From the NCBI RefSeq assembly GCF_006345805.1, contig NC_043006.1, positions 15,190,001 to 15,254,000 of the forward strand: a stretch of DNA of 64,000 nucleotides. The letters are read 5' to 3'. The DNA is from Octopus sinensis (taxonomy: Eukaryota). Both the position numbers and the translations under genes were made by a program. Position 1 is the first letter of the stretch; each line of letters starts with the position of its first letter. The notes beneath the pieces were generated by a model. It ran no database searches, was not told the origin of the DNA, and was given only the letters and a program-made list of their open reading frames with translations. Shown here piece by piece: positions 36,520 through 49,649 of this stretch.

Positions 36520-38185
36520 CTATGGCCCCAGCTCCTTCTACGATGTATCACATAAGGTGGAAGTTGTCGTGGTTGGGATTGCGCATGCTTGTGCCTCCCC
36601 TACCAGTCTTCAGACGACAAGCGTCAAACTTTTCGCTAACACCTTGGCCAAAATCTTAAACTGTGTTTAGCAGAGTTATGGAACGAAAATTCCCTTGTAC
36701 GTCCCCATTGTCGGCGTCCTTTCTCAGCAGTGTTACCACACCCCGGCTAACAGCACTAGGAATTCTCCCGTTCTGCTGCCAGTTACTGTTGACGTCTGCC
36801 AAACAAATCTGTTATGAATACATAGAATTCGTAGGGAAGACCATTCAAACCGGGCGATTTGCGACTTGTGCAGTCACTCATCGCCTTGCGTATTTCAGTG
36901 GCTGTAATTGACTTTCCGCAGAATCTCGCGTCTGTTAACGAAAGCCATTGTTAGCCGTTCTGGTACGGAATAAAGTCCGCTACAGTCGTCGACCCATCAC
37001 CCTCCCCAGACAGCCGCGCAATGTGCTTCTGAAAAACCGCACACATCTGCGCACAACGGGGTAGCATGCTCCCGTCCTGATCCGTCAATAACTTGATTGT
37101 AATTTTGTTTCCACGTCGCGTCTCTAACATTCGGTACCATCGGATGGCTTTAATTCCTTCGCCTTTCAGCGCACGGAGCTTAGCTTAGACAACACACCCT
37201 CCGTGTTTCGCCTCAAAAAATAATGGTCAAGGACCATTCTCGCCGCTAATATGTCGGTCGCGATGCTTTTACTAATATAGCCTCTCCTAGTTTGCTAACT
37301 AGTTCTCCCTCTAATCTACTTCTTTCTATTGCGAAATCTTTGTTAAACGCTTTCGATTCTACCCTGATCGCTCTCTTCAGAGCGATCCACCACTGGTTGT
37401 TGACAATAGCGCTTCACTTGTTCCCTAATCCGGTCTCTGTAGTCTTTGCAAGCCAGTAAGGATGCATTCAACTTCTGGTAACCGGGTCGCTGTCTACAGG
37501 TCCTATCTAAATCGACTGAGCATATCACAAATTTTTGATCTGTGTAGCCGACCAATTTAAATTGTGGGCAACCTATGCTATCCCTATCCTCTGATCTAAC
37601 AAATTCTCTATCTAAATAAGATCTGAATGACCCGCTGTGGTTGCTCCATGCCCACACTGGCACATCAGGGAAATCCATTCGGTATCTGTTAGAAATCTGG
37701 AAAGTCCTGAGCAGGTTTTCGAGGCTTTTACACCCACTTCTGCTATGTACTAAACCCATACATTCCTTCCGTACTTCCAAAATATTATTCCAGTACCTCA
37801 CTAGTACTAAAGTGCGAGACGTTCCCACGAATGTTTCTAGACACCTGTTGGGGCATAAACCGCCACCAGTCTAAAGGCACCACCTTCTTTGCCATTCACG
37901 TCCAGGACCACCATCCTACCATCCGGATCCAGGAAGATAGCCCGTAGTTGGAGGTCTAAGCATTTCCGGAATAACACTGCTACACCGCCACCTGCTTCCG
38001 ATAGACCACAGGATGAGAATACCTCGTAGTCCTCGAAGATGGATGCTAGAACGTGTTTTCCGGAGATCCTTGTTTCATTAATGGCAGGCACATCTAAAAC
38101 AAGCGACCTGAGATCATTGAGCAAGAGACCTTGCTTCCAAGCTGATCCCAGGTCATGCACATCACGCATCCCATTCTCAGCACAG
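36520..38185 (-). mobile_element. Tx1/L1-clade LINE ORF2 5' part (APE endonuclease to RT start), degenerate
   Basis: INETR, GGVAVLF, AVYAP, SYLDR, GYQKLNASLL, KSPGLNGLPYEFY, KILAKVLA. Confidence 0.85.
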
Positions 38186-38420
38186 TCAAGCTAGTCGGAG
38201 AAAAAAAAAAGAGGAGTTTACTTACCTTGATTTTCGAGAAACTCGCAAGTTCTGGGCCTCTCTACTGACGAAAATATTTTAAAGGGCCTTCCAACAGCCT
38301 TTTATCAATTGATCTTTTAAAAATCCCCACACGACATGGGAATTTTTGTCATAGTTTTATAAACGCCTGATGATGTTTTACTTAAAAGTCTGTCCTTGGT
38401 GATTTTGAGGCTGAAATCAG

Positions 38421-39130
38421 AAAACCACTGCTTTCAAAAACAAACGTCGCAAAGCTGTAAGAGTGGAGTAAAAACCTACAGAATTCGCCCCTAGAGTAGT
38501 GAAAGAATGTTATTTTCTCGGACGAGTCATCCTTTACCTTATCTCCAACCAACGGCCGAGTATACTTGTGGAGACAATCATAAGAAGCATTTGACCCAGA
38601 CTACCTTCTTGCAACTGTCAAACATGGAGGAGGATCTGTGATAATATGGCGAGTGGCTATATCTTGGAAATCCGCCGGATCAATGGTTTCTCTTCATGGC
38701 AGGAATTAATAGTCAAGACTTTTTAAACATTTCATCTGATCAAATTCATCCTATTGTTGCGGAATTGTTTCCGGAGCGAATGTTTCAGGATGATAATACA
38801 CCAATTCACACTGCTAAATTATTGCTGAATGGCACGAGGTACATTCTAGTGAAGCTGAACATCTTATCTGGCCACCACAGTCCCCAGATCTCAATATTAC
38901 TGAACATTTATGGTGCATTTTAGAAAAACAAATAAGGAGTCGATATCCCCCACCATAATCACTACAAGAACTGTAGACTGTTTTAGCTGAAGAATGGACA
39001 AAAATTCCTTTGGAAACAATTCAAACTTTGTACGAGTCCATGCTTTATAGAATTCAAGCTGCAATTACCCAATATTAAAATAAATTTGTTTGAAATTTTA
39101 AGGTGTTTCCATTATTTTGTCCAACCTCTG
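38421..39130 (+). mobile_element. Tc1 (DD34E) transposon right part
   Basis: VIFSDES, TVKHGGGSV, FQDDNTPIH, WPPQSPDLNITEHLW; right end ttttgtccaacctctg|ta. Confidence 0.9.
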
Positions 39131-39828
39131 TATACATACGAGCGCGCGCGTGTGTGTGTAAGTGTGTGTAAGTGTGTGTAAGTATGTTTATATATATTCT
39201 ATAATAAATGGAATGGAATGGATGATTCTTGAGAGCAATAGTTGTAGAAATCTTAAAATAATCACGTATTTGCTATATATTTTTATCATATGTTTTATAT
39301 AACAACAGACATTTATCCGGGAGTAGAGTCTTGTTTTTAAAAATACAGACGTGATTATTACATCTAATGTTAAGGCGTTAGAACTATATTTACAACTGAT
39401 GGCAAGAATATGACCTCTTGAAAAGTGATAACAACATTATCTGATAGTGTGAGGCGGAGAAGTGGATGAAGAATACGAGGAATAAAGTGGGGGTGAGAAA
39501 GCAGACTTATTACAAGGAGTCTGATACCTTGGTAAAATGAGTGTGATTATTGTTGTAGGTTTGTTTGTAAGTAGGAAAGAAACACTTGGAAATTAATCGA
39601 GATTAAGAAATATGTTTTGGGACAATGTGTCCGAATGAGTGCTAATAGATGAGACAAAAAAAGTAACAAAACAAAAAATGAGGCGATACATAGGGAATTA
39701 TGGGACTGGAAGTATGTTGAACATGACTACATTGGAAGATGTGCAGTTTCCAAAGATAGAAGTATTTTTTCTTTCTTCAAAGTTTCAAAGGGAAATCTTT
39801 GAGAATGCGGAAAAAGGATCAATAGTTA

Positions 39829-39874
<46 letters not shown>

Positions 39875-39971
39875 TACACATTAAAACTGTCCGAATAACG
39901 GGAACGTGAATCTCCGAGTAACAGTTTTGTGAAGCTTTTGCAGCTTTAATAAAAGTGTATATATATATACG

Positions 39972-40239
39972 TATATTACGGAGATGTACTTGCATAGCAA
40001 GTCACCTGATCTGAGATCGTGTGCTGGAACGAAAACAATTGCAGCGTGGATGGTGTATATAAATCATTTAAGAAACAAACGAAAACCGTTAGATTCAGAT
40101 GCAGCACGGAATTTAGTCAGTGAACAGGTCGAGGTCTCAAAGCGACGAAAATATTTTGGCAAACTAAATTTAAATGTTGAAGTGAATCTAATGGTTTTTG
40201 TGTGTTTCTTAAATGGCTTATAAACACCTTCCACGCTGC

Positions 40240-40243
<4 letters not shown>
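39972..40243. repeat. (TA)n-embedded cassette with ~60-bp imperfect inverted arms
   Basis: Unextended relative of 11207-11550, in opposite orientation. Confidence 0.8.
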
Positions 40244-40278
<35 letters not shown>

Positions 40279-41309
40279 TGTGTGTGTGCATGTGCGTGTG
40301 CATTTATACACTCATATGTGTATATATACATATGTACACACACATACACACACACACATAAAAGTTAAATGGCCCAGTCATTAAGCGCTCACCAATTTTG
40401 TATTGTCTCTGCAGAAAGGTAAGCAGTGACTAAGCCTTAGACTTTCCACACTCCACTGTAACTGAATTGATTGATGTTGATACAATCTCACAATAGTTTT
40501 TTCGGATTTAAGACTCAACGTTATACCACAGAACAATCTCTTTTTTTCTGAACACGTCTTTTTCTTTATATACAACGAGAACTATCTTTGCCGAATTGGT
40601 AGGTTTGTTAGAGCATTGATTAGAATACTTCACTCTATTTGCTTTTTGTGCTGCGACCACACTCTATTCAATATTCTTCACCAGGTGCAAAAGTTAGAAT
40701 TAATATTTAAAGACTCCAGTATCCTAATTTACAAATTGCTTTGAAATCGATGTGGCCTTTCGTCCGTCAAAGAGCCATTGAGTATATAACAAGATATACA
40801 CTGGTGATTCCTTCGTTACCAATGTATAGTTCTCTACCACTATAAGAAATCAATATTCCGTGTAATTGTCTCGGTGGATTGTGAATTTTCTTAAGACAGT
40901 GAAATTGATTTTTATAGTTTATGAAAGACATTTCATCATAATCTGGATTATGCGCTCTTGTAATTTAAGTTCATATGTCTAATGTACTGGAAGGAAACTT
41001 CAAAGTGATTTAACTAATGATACCTTGAAACGAAAGACAGGCATGATGGAGAGGAATTTCGATTGGTTTGGGAGTAGTTTTATTTTGAAATACATTATGG
41101 CACTGTAATTAAAATTCCGAATATTTCTGTTGTTTCTTCGCAAAGGTTTAACATTATCTTCTATCATAACTATAGGGATATTTTATTTTGAAACCTTTTC
41201 GTCGTTTGGAAAATATCAACAATTCTTTAGTAACCTTAGGAACAGGGGCAACTGTTGCGTTTATACCTGGAGAGTTTGGTAAATTAAAGGAGTTGCAGAG
41301 AGTCACAAA

Positions 41310-41681
41310 TCTCTATATATAAAGCTGAAGTTGTCTGTGTGTGGCAGGTTTGGTAGCCTTCAAATAACACTATCTCCTCCGAGCCCCTGTGGCGCAAGTT
41401 GACCAAAATTGAGAGTATGATAGAAGAAGGCTTGCTCTTCATTTCGTAGAAGATAAAATTCAAATCGGACCATGTTAACACAAAAAATTATTTACATAAA
41501 AAAAATCCCTATGTTTTACGATTTTTTTTATTGCTGAGTCGCCATTTTTCGGTGCATTTCAACCAGAAAAATGTTCACTTAAAGAGAATAACAAGTTACA
41601 TAATGCAAAAGTTTTACTTTTCAAAAATTCCAATTCTAAAGGGTCGAAACAAACCCGAGCAACGCCGGGCGATACTGCTAG
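41310..41681 (+). mobile_element. Non-autonomous Helitron
   Basis: a|tctctatatataaagc ... aacccgagcaacgccgggcgatactgCTAG|t. Confidence 0.85.
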
Positions 41682-41959
41682 TATTTATATAAAAGTAGAA
41701 TGCTGCATTCTACAAATGGCAATGTTTGGCAAATATGCTTCAAACGGAATGCTCAGTCAAATTCATATAACTCAAACAATATATCAGAATATTTTTATAT
41801 TCAATGAATCTGAAGATGCTTAAAAGGTATTTACAACCAACAGAAAGAATATGATAGAGCTACAGCAGCTATAAAGCTTTAAGAATATACACAAGTGACT
41901 GCATCGCAGGATTTTTGTTCATTGATGCTATATCTCTATCTTAGAAGCTATTGCTAGCT

Positions 41960-42578
41960 CGAGCTGGCAGATACGTTAGCACGCCGGGCGAAATGCTTAG
42001 CGGTATTTCGTCTGCCGTTACATTCTGAGTTCAAATTCCGCTGATGTCGACTTTGCCTTTCATCCTTTCGGGGTCGATTAAATAAGTACCAGTTACGCAC
42101 TTGGGTCGATGTAATCGAATTAATACCTATGTCTGTCCTTGTTTGTCCCCTCTGTGTTTACCGCCTTGTGGGTAATAAAGAAATAGGTATTTCTCCTGCC
42201 GTTACATTCTGAGTTCAAATTCCGCTGAGGTCGACTTTGCCTTTCATCCTTTCGGGGTCGATTAAATAAGTACCAGTTACGCACTGGGGTCGATGTAATC
42301 GAATTAATCCGCCTATCTGTCCTTGTTTGTCCTCTCTGTGTTTAGCCTCTTGTGGGTAGTAAAGAAATATATTTAAGTAAAGAAATAGGTATTTCGTCTG
42401 CCGTTACGTTCTGAGTTCAAATTCCGCCGAGGTCGACTTTGCCATTCACCCTTTCGGGGTCGATAAATTAAGTATCAGTTACGCACTGGGGTCGATGTAA
42501 TCGACTAAATCTGTTTGTCTGTCCTTGTTTGTCCCCTCTGTGTTGAGACTCTTGTGGGTAGTAAAGAAATAGGTATTG
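41960..42578 (+). mobile_element. SINE family A trimer (one head plus two head-less units)
   Basis: Units joined at aaagaaatagg|tatttc near 42187 and 42388. Confidence 0.9.
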
Positions 42579-43145
42579 CTTGAATTTGGACATTTTAAAC
42601 TTATTTCGACTCATAATTTAATGGAAAGATTTATATTTTGACTGAAAATTTCTTGCATTGAACTAAGACCGCCCGGAATAGTCTTCAGGATCTTGACAAA
42701 ATAATTTTTGAGAAAGCAGTCCATTTCTGTGCTGATATATCTCCGGTCACTGGTCACTCGGGCCCTCGGGCCCTCTAATACAGCTAATTTATATTTTTGA
42801 AGCTTGATTTTTCTTTTGAGATATAAGTTCATAAAAATACCCAAAACTGCCCTCGTCAGAACATCCGGAAGAATAAGAGAATCGAAACCTAGATTTCGTC
42901 CTGTTGAGAGTTTTCTGCCATATTATTGCAAAGTAGTTCAACAACATGTATTGTAACAATTATAAAGCTATACTAAAGATTTATTGGCAACAATAGTTGT
43001 TAACAAACACGAAGACCATTACCATTATGCAAAATATTTCGCTCGAAATAAATTATAAAACAAGAGATTAACAGACGACATTATTGATCATTATTGTCCT
43101 CCAAATTAGAATGACACTTCTGTTATGCTCTTTTGTACCTTTTTT

Positions 43146-43187
<42 letters not shown>

Positions 43188-43300
43188 ATAGTTTTGGTTT
43201 AATGCCCACAATTAATGGCCAGTAGAGTCTATTTCATACACAAGTATCTACATACATACATACATACATACATACATACATACATACATACATACATACA

Positions 43301-43366
<66 letters not shown>

Positions 43367-43375
43367 TATACATAC

Positions 43376-43422
<47 letters not shown>

Positions 43423-43728
43423 TGCACATGTATGATATATATATGTATGTATCATTATATACATAAACATGTGTATATTTATAAACACACACACAGACAA
43501 ACGTGCGTATACATGCACATATATGATACACATACATATATATGGTGTGTATAATTATATGCGTTTATATTTTATATCTATTATGTATCTATGAATGTGC
43601 ATATATGTGTGTGTGTATGTGTGTGTGTGTGCGCGTGTGTGTGTAATGTAAGTCGGAGGTAAGTTACAATTGGTTTTAACATAACTTTGGCTTAACACTA
43701 AATGAATGAATTTAAAATATATAAAATA

Positions 43729-43783
<55 letters not shown>

Positions 43784-44324
43784 TAATGTATACTATGAGT
43801 TTCTTTGCCCTAGGAGTCGGGAAGACACTCGGCAAGAAATGGAAGCAAATTTGAAAGAAGAAAAAAAAGTAATAATTATAATAATGATGATGATGATGAT
43901 AACAATAACACAATAACAATCCAAATCTCAGATTGTAAAGCGTTTAGTATCAAGCAATTAGAAAAAAGGATTTTTGAAATTATTTTTTTCTACTTGAAAA
44001 TTAAAAATATAAAAAAAAAACAACCAAAAACAATTATTATTTAGTGGATTTTAGATTAGAGGGGGATTAACTCCAGAGGTTTCTGTGATTGGAAGTAGGG
44101 AATATTTTGGATTAAGGGAGTTAAGTTCAGCAATTTGGAGACAGAAATTAGGATAATTTTAGACTCGCATTCAAATTATGGAAATGAATGTAAATTTCAC
44201 CAGAAAAGAGCAATAAAAAGGTTGCATACAGCCACAATTGCGGTCTTGTACAAATACACACATACGCATCCTTCTCTCTCTCTCTCCAGCATAAACAAGC
44301 ACACATGCACACCTATTCACAGGT

Positions 44325-44700
44325 GGGAGGCGCAATGGCCCAGTGGTTAGGGCAGCGGACTCGCAGTCGTAGGATCGCGGTTTCGATTCCCAGACCGGGC
44401 GTTGTGAGTGTTTATTGAGCGAAAACACCTACAGCTCCACGAGGCTCCGGCAGGGGATGGTGGTGATCCCTGCTGTACTCTTTCACCACAACTTTCTCTT
44501 ACTTCCTGTTTCTGTTGTACCTGTATTTCAAATGACCGGCTTTGTCACTCTCTGTGTCACGCTGAATATCCCCGAGAACTACGTTAAGGGTACACGTGTC
44601 TGTGGAGTGCTCAGCCACTTACACGTTAATTTTACGAGCAGGCTGTTCCGTTGATTCGGATCAACCGGAACCCTTGTCGTCGTAACCGACGGAGTGCTTC
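44325..44700 (+). mobile_element. SINE family C (tail 1), full length
   Basis: Pol III boxes; TSD attcacaggt on both sides. Confidence 0.9.
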
Positions 44701-45135
44701 TAAATTCACAGGTAATTATTTTATATACTCGAGCAATTCTTGGCGTTTTAGTAAAACTTTGTCGCAATAATTCATCAATGTCTGATTAAGAAGTCCACTT
44801 CGTAATCATGTGGTTTCGGGTTCAGTCCTACCTATAGCTCTTTCTACAATAGACCCGGGGCCGATCAATGCTTGCAAGAGAATTTAATTTACGGACACTG
44901 ATTGGAAACCTAAGGTGTATATGTGTGCATGTGTCTTTGTGTTTTACACCACACTGCTTGATGTACAATATTGACTTTTTTTACGTTTCCTAACTTAGCG
45001 ATTTGGCAAAAGAGTACGACAGAATTACAAAAGCTGAGAGCGATTTGTTCGATTCTGGGAATGGTGAAATCACAACAGGAAAAGTTTGTCCAGGTACTGC
45101 ACTGACAGAAACAACTGGTTGGAAATACTAATATC

Positions 45136-45510
45136 TATACAAGAAGTAAACGCGAAATTCTGTCTGTCCGTCCGGGACCTTTGTATCACAGTCTACATTT
45201 GCTCTACATAGAGACATACCTGTTTTGGAATCAGGATGATACCGAGATTGAAAATCTGCCCATGATTTGGTTCTTGAACATCCAGCATTGGGATCAGATC
45301 TGGATGAGGATTTGTTGAAAATTCAAATTTTAAAAGAACTCCAAAAATTTGTGAAATTAAAGTAACACCATATTTGTAGGGTAATACCATATGTGTAGGG
45401 CACCAGTAAATGCTTTATTATTACTGCTCTCTTTAATTTTAGGCCGCATGCTCAAATAGCCTTCGGAAGAGCAAGCATAAAAATCCGTACGGAGTGTGGC
45501 TTTTAAGCTA
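45136..45510 (+). mobile_element. Possible old Helitron-like element
   Basis: a|tctatac start, ccgtacgg palindrome, then agctaa (decayed CTAG). Confidence 0.35.
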
Positions 45511-45594
45511 ATCTTATAATAAAGAGGCCAATCAAAGCAGTTAATATGGAAATAGTGAAACAATGTATCTTCTCAATTGAAAGTTAAGAATATT

Positions 45595-45812
45595 CTTTTC
45601 TATACTAGGCACAAGGCCCGAAATTTTGACGGAGGAGGGCAAGTCGATTAGATCGGCCCCAGTACGCAACTGGTACTTAATTTATCGACCCCGAAAGGAA
45701 GAAAGGCAAAGTCGACCTCGGCGAAATTTGAACTTATAACGTAAAGACAGACGAAATACAGCTAAGCATTTCGCCCGGCGTGCTAACGTTTCAGCCAGCT
45801 CACCGCCTTTGA
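45595..45812 (-). mobile_element. SINE family A, alternative tail
   Basis: Family A head and core with tail aaatttcgggccttgtgcctagtatagaaaag, as at 53212-53415. Confidence 0.85.
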
Positions 45813-45917
45813 AAGTTAAAAATGTTATAACTCGAAGCAATACACCACAATACACTTCAATACTACTACATTGCAAACTATTGCATTATACTACTACTAC
45901 TACTACTAGTAGTAGTA

Positions 45918-46287
45918 GTAGTGGTTAGGGCAGCGGACTCGCGGTCGTAGGATCGCGGTTTCGATTCCCAGACCGGGCGTTGTGAGTGTTTATTGAGCGA
46001 AAACACCTAAAACTCCACGAGGCTCCGGCAGGGGATGGTGGTGATCCCTGCTGTACTCTTTCACCACAACTTTCTCTCACTCTTACTTCCTGTTTCTGTT
46101 GTACCTGTATTTCAAAGGGCCGGCCTTGTCACTCTCTGTGTCACGCTGAATATCCCCGAGAACTACGTTAAGGGTACACGCGTCTGTGGAGTGCTCAGCC
46201 ACTTACACGTTAATTTCACGAGCAGGTTGTTCCGTTGATTCGGATCAACCGGAATCCTCGTCGTCGTAACCGACGGAGTGCTTCCAT
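45918..46287 (+). mobile_element. SINE family C (tail 1) in a (CTA)n tract
   Basis: 5'-clipped head preceded by (cta)n(tag)n and followed by (cta)n. Confidence 0.9.
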
Positions 46288-46340
<53 letters not shown>

Positions 46341-47169
46341 ACTGCTACTACTACTACTACTACTACTACTTCGCAGAGAATGGCAACAATCGGAATCGAT
46401 CATCTTTATCACGTTCAGGCATGATCCGTCCTCAGATATCGCCAGTATAGTTTCCCTAAAGTTACAGATAACGAACCTATGACGCGCTTGTCAGATGTGA
46501 CTTGCCTTGGATATTTCATGTGATACGTGAACAACTTATAAAAAAATCTCTGTAATTTTTGTTATAGGAAAAGCTTATCTAAAATACTTGTATACGCGAA
46601 AGGGAGTCGATGATAATGGGGTTTAGAAAAGCAATTAACTTTTCTACACTTTGAGTTAAAAGAGCGTTACCATTGACCTAGATCCAGATCTACTGAATGC
46701 CTATTCTTTATATGTCACGCATTTAAGGGCTTCACAGGTCACTAATATCTTTGATCAGAAATTTACTGTCAGCTCTCTTTACCGTAGCTTTTATTGACTA
46801 AGAGCTTTCTTGTCTATATTACATCAATTCTTGCGTATCTCAAGAACTCAGGTACGTTTCCAACACTTTCCCATCACGATCTCTATACACTACAGTGATT
46901 TCGAACTACGCCTAGTATATTCACAGCTCACTCTTCACAATACAAAATGAAAAATATCCAATTGTTTACACACAATGCTAGGAGGAATGATAAACTTCCT
47001 TGAAAAGAGTGAACATGACAGTAATATGGAGGGAAGTAACATCTAAATATGGGCTAAGGCTATTTTGAAGAATGACAATATTGGCATCTTCTCATAACTG
47101 AGCCAACCCCAGTACATGACTGTTTTGTCATATACATATATATATATATATAATATATATATATATATC

Positions 47170-47430
47170 AAGTGATCATGTGACCGACCAGGCTATCAGA
47201 TGTTGCTACACATCGCTGGTCACAATGGGCTTCGCATTGTTTTAGCCTCAAATGATGCCACCCCGCTGGCTAAGCGAGCAGGCCAACAGAAGAAAGAGTG
47301 AGAGAAAGTTGTGGCGAAAGATTACAGCAGGGATCGTCACCACCCCCTGCTGGAGCTTTAGGTGTTTTCGCTCAATAAACACTCACAACACCCGGTCTGG
47401 GAACCGAAACCGCGATCCATTGCGCCTCCG
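47170..47430 (-). mobile_element. SINE family C (tail 2) with a head deletion
   Basis: - strand ggaggcgcaatgg joined to atcgcggtttcg; tail ...ggtcggtcacatgatcac. Confidence 0.8.
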
Positions 47431-47717
47431 CATTATATATATAAGCTCATTGTTTAAATCTCGCCAAGATAAATATTTAAAGAATTTAACAGCCATGAAA
47501 CGATCGTAGTGATATATTAATTATATATTTTTAATAATTTTGTTATATATTTAAATAATATAAATTAAATAATATTATGTATTGGCTTAAGTTTTTCATT
47601 GTATGATTTGCCTAATAGTGGTTTTGTCTCTAATTTAATATTATATAATATTTTACTATTAAATTGGATTCAATCCTAAATCTGATTTTTCCCTGTAAGT
47701 TTGGATTTGTTCCCTAA

Positions 47718-47765
<48 letters not shown>

Positions 47766-47958
47766 TTTGTGACTTTTCGGTGGTACAGAAGTATTTTTTG
47801 ACTTCTATCATTGGCGATATAGGTGCTTATGTAGTACCCTTGTGTATATATGTACATATCTAATATTGTATGTATATATTTTATTCATTTGCCTGTACGG
47901 CTAATAATTCGCTTACCGCTTGTGATGGTATTTTAATTATACCATTCCTATATTTATG

Positions 47959-47991
<33 letters not shown>

Positions 47992-49649
47992 TTGTATATA
48001 TGTATCTATAATGAAACAGGACACTGGAAATTGTTTGGTATTATTTATTCACCGCTACACCTGTCTCAGTCGCCTACAGGAATTACGAAGTTTTACATGT
48101 TAGACAGACATGTAAGGAACTTCCTATTAAAAATTTAATATTATTCAATTTTTTCAATCAGAAGAATTTCTAAGAGGGAATTCATTACATGTCTATCTAA
48201 CATGTAAAACTTTGTAATTCCTTTTGGCTGATGAAGTACGTTTAGTGGTGAATAGATAATACCAAAAAAATTTCCAGTTCCCTGTTTTATTATACAGTAA
48301 CTCTGCAAATAATATTTCCATAATTCTCAATTTTAATATGTGCTTTGAACTCACATACAGCAACAGCTGGTGCTACACACCGGATTGTAATAATGGAACA
48401 AGGGAAAGAAAACAAAGACGATAAAAGCGATGGTGAGCGAGTCAGCAACATAAAGGAAAGGAACGAGGTGAAAGAGGGGAGTGATGGGTTTATCAGCCCC
48501 AAAAGAAAGACGGCAAAAGCAAGAAAAATGTCTTCGGAAACTAAGAAGGACGCACAGAAAAGTGAGGAGGAATTTAAATCTAAAAGTGTGCAAGCGGTGG
48601 AAGTAGCATCAAATGAAGAAGAATGCAAGTATAAGGGAATACTAGTTGTTTATAAGAAGAGTATAGAAATGGAAAAACTATTGCAAAATGGAAAAGAGCG
48701 GTGAGGGTTCAACTGGCCAGATAAGAATATGAAACGGATGACATAGGGATTATGATACATGAAGACAGGTAGACGGGAGTTACAGATACATTTGGAGAAA
48801 CTGGAGAAGCGATAAAAGAAATAAAATCAATTTGGTTATGTGACGCCCCGCCGTCAGTGGTGGAATATGAGGACATAACTGCTGAATGAGAAAAAATTGC
48901 AAAATATACAATATTGTGGACTTTTTGGGAAAAAAAGGAAAATAATGTGGGGACTTTGAATAAGAGAAAAGACTGTGATAAAATAATGTAACAATGTAAC
49001 AACTCGACTTCGGAGGTCGAGTGGGTAATACGCCTCATTTTCATTCTTTTTTTTTATTTTGCTACTTGTGTCGTGTCATCTTTTTATTAATTTTTAGTTC
49101 TCCGAGTTTATGTTATGTCTCGTTTTGTATTGTCTTTATCAGTTGTACATGTCGAACGAACATTTTCTGTGTAGCCTTCTTATGGATAATAATGAAATAG
49201 TTCATCAAACTCCACCACGAATCCTGGTTGTTCAACATCACATTTTTCTTTCAACCTGCTATACTTTTCATTGTAGATCAAAATAGCCAGTTGCAGCCGC
49301 ATAACTGTGGCATTTTGTTGGTTCTATAGCGTTTGTTTCCGTCGGTTATACCATAAATGTGAAGAAACAACACAATTCTACAGAAAACTTGTTAGAGAAA
49401 ACAGCAATTTCAATCAAGGAACAAACGTGGTACACCTACGAGGAGAGACCTTTAGCAACAATATAACACACTTTAACGGAATCGTAAAGATTTCAACCAA
49501 AACAAAACAAAACAACACACTGCCACAAAAATGAACGCCGTTCGACTTCAATTTTTAAACACAATGTATAATATAAGATTACGATGCTATATATAATATA
49601 AAGTTTTAGAAGAGTCCATAATATGAAGGCTAAAATAGAATCCTATAGT

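Noticed and set aside
39972-40243. G-U bias like that at 6057 in this cassette's arms (also checked at 10832-11000 and 48076-48223)
   Set aside because: Differences are a mix of transversions, G-U and A-C, with no strand bias
41960-42578. CRISPR-like array
   Set aside because: Units are ~180-bp SINE bodies with no unique spacers, no cas genes, and a eukaryotic context
42856-42903. Hammerhead candidate CGGAAGA...GAAAC...GUC
   Set aside because: U4 is altered, stem II cannot close and stem I is only 3 bp; the opposite-strand CUGACGA has no matching GAAA
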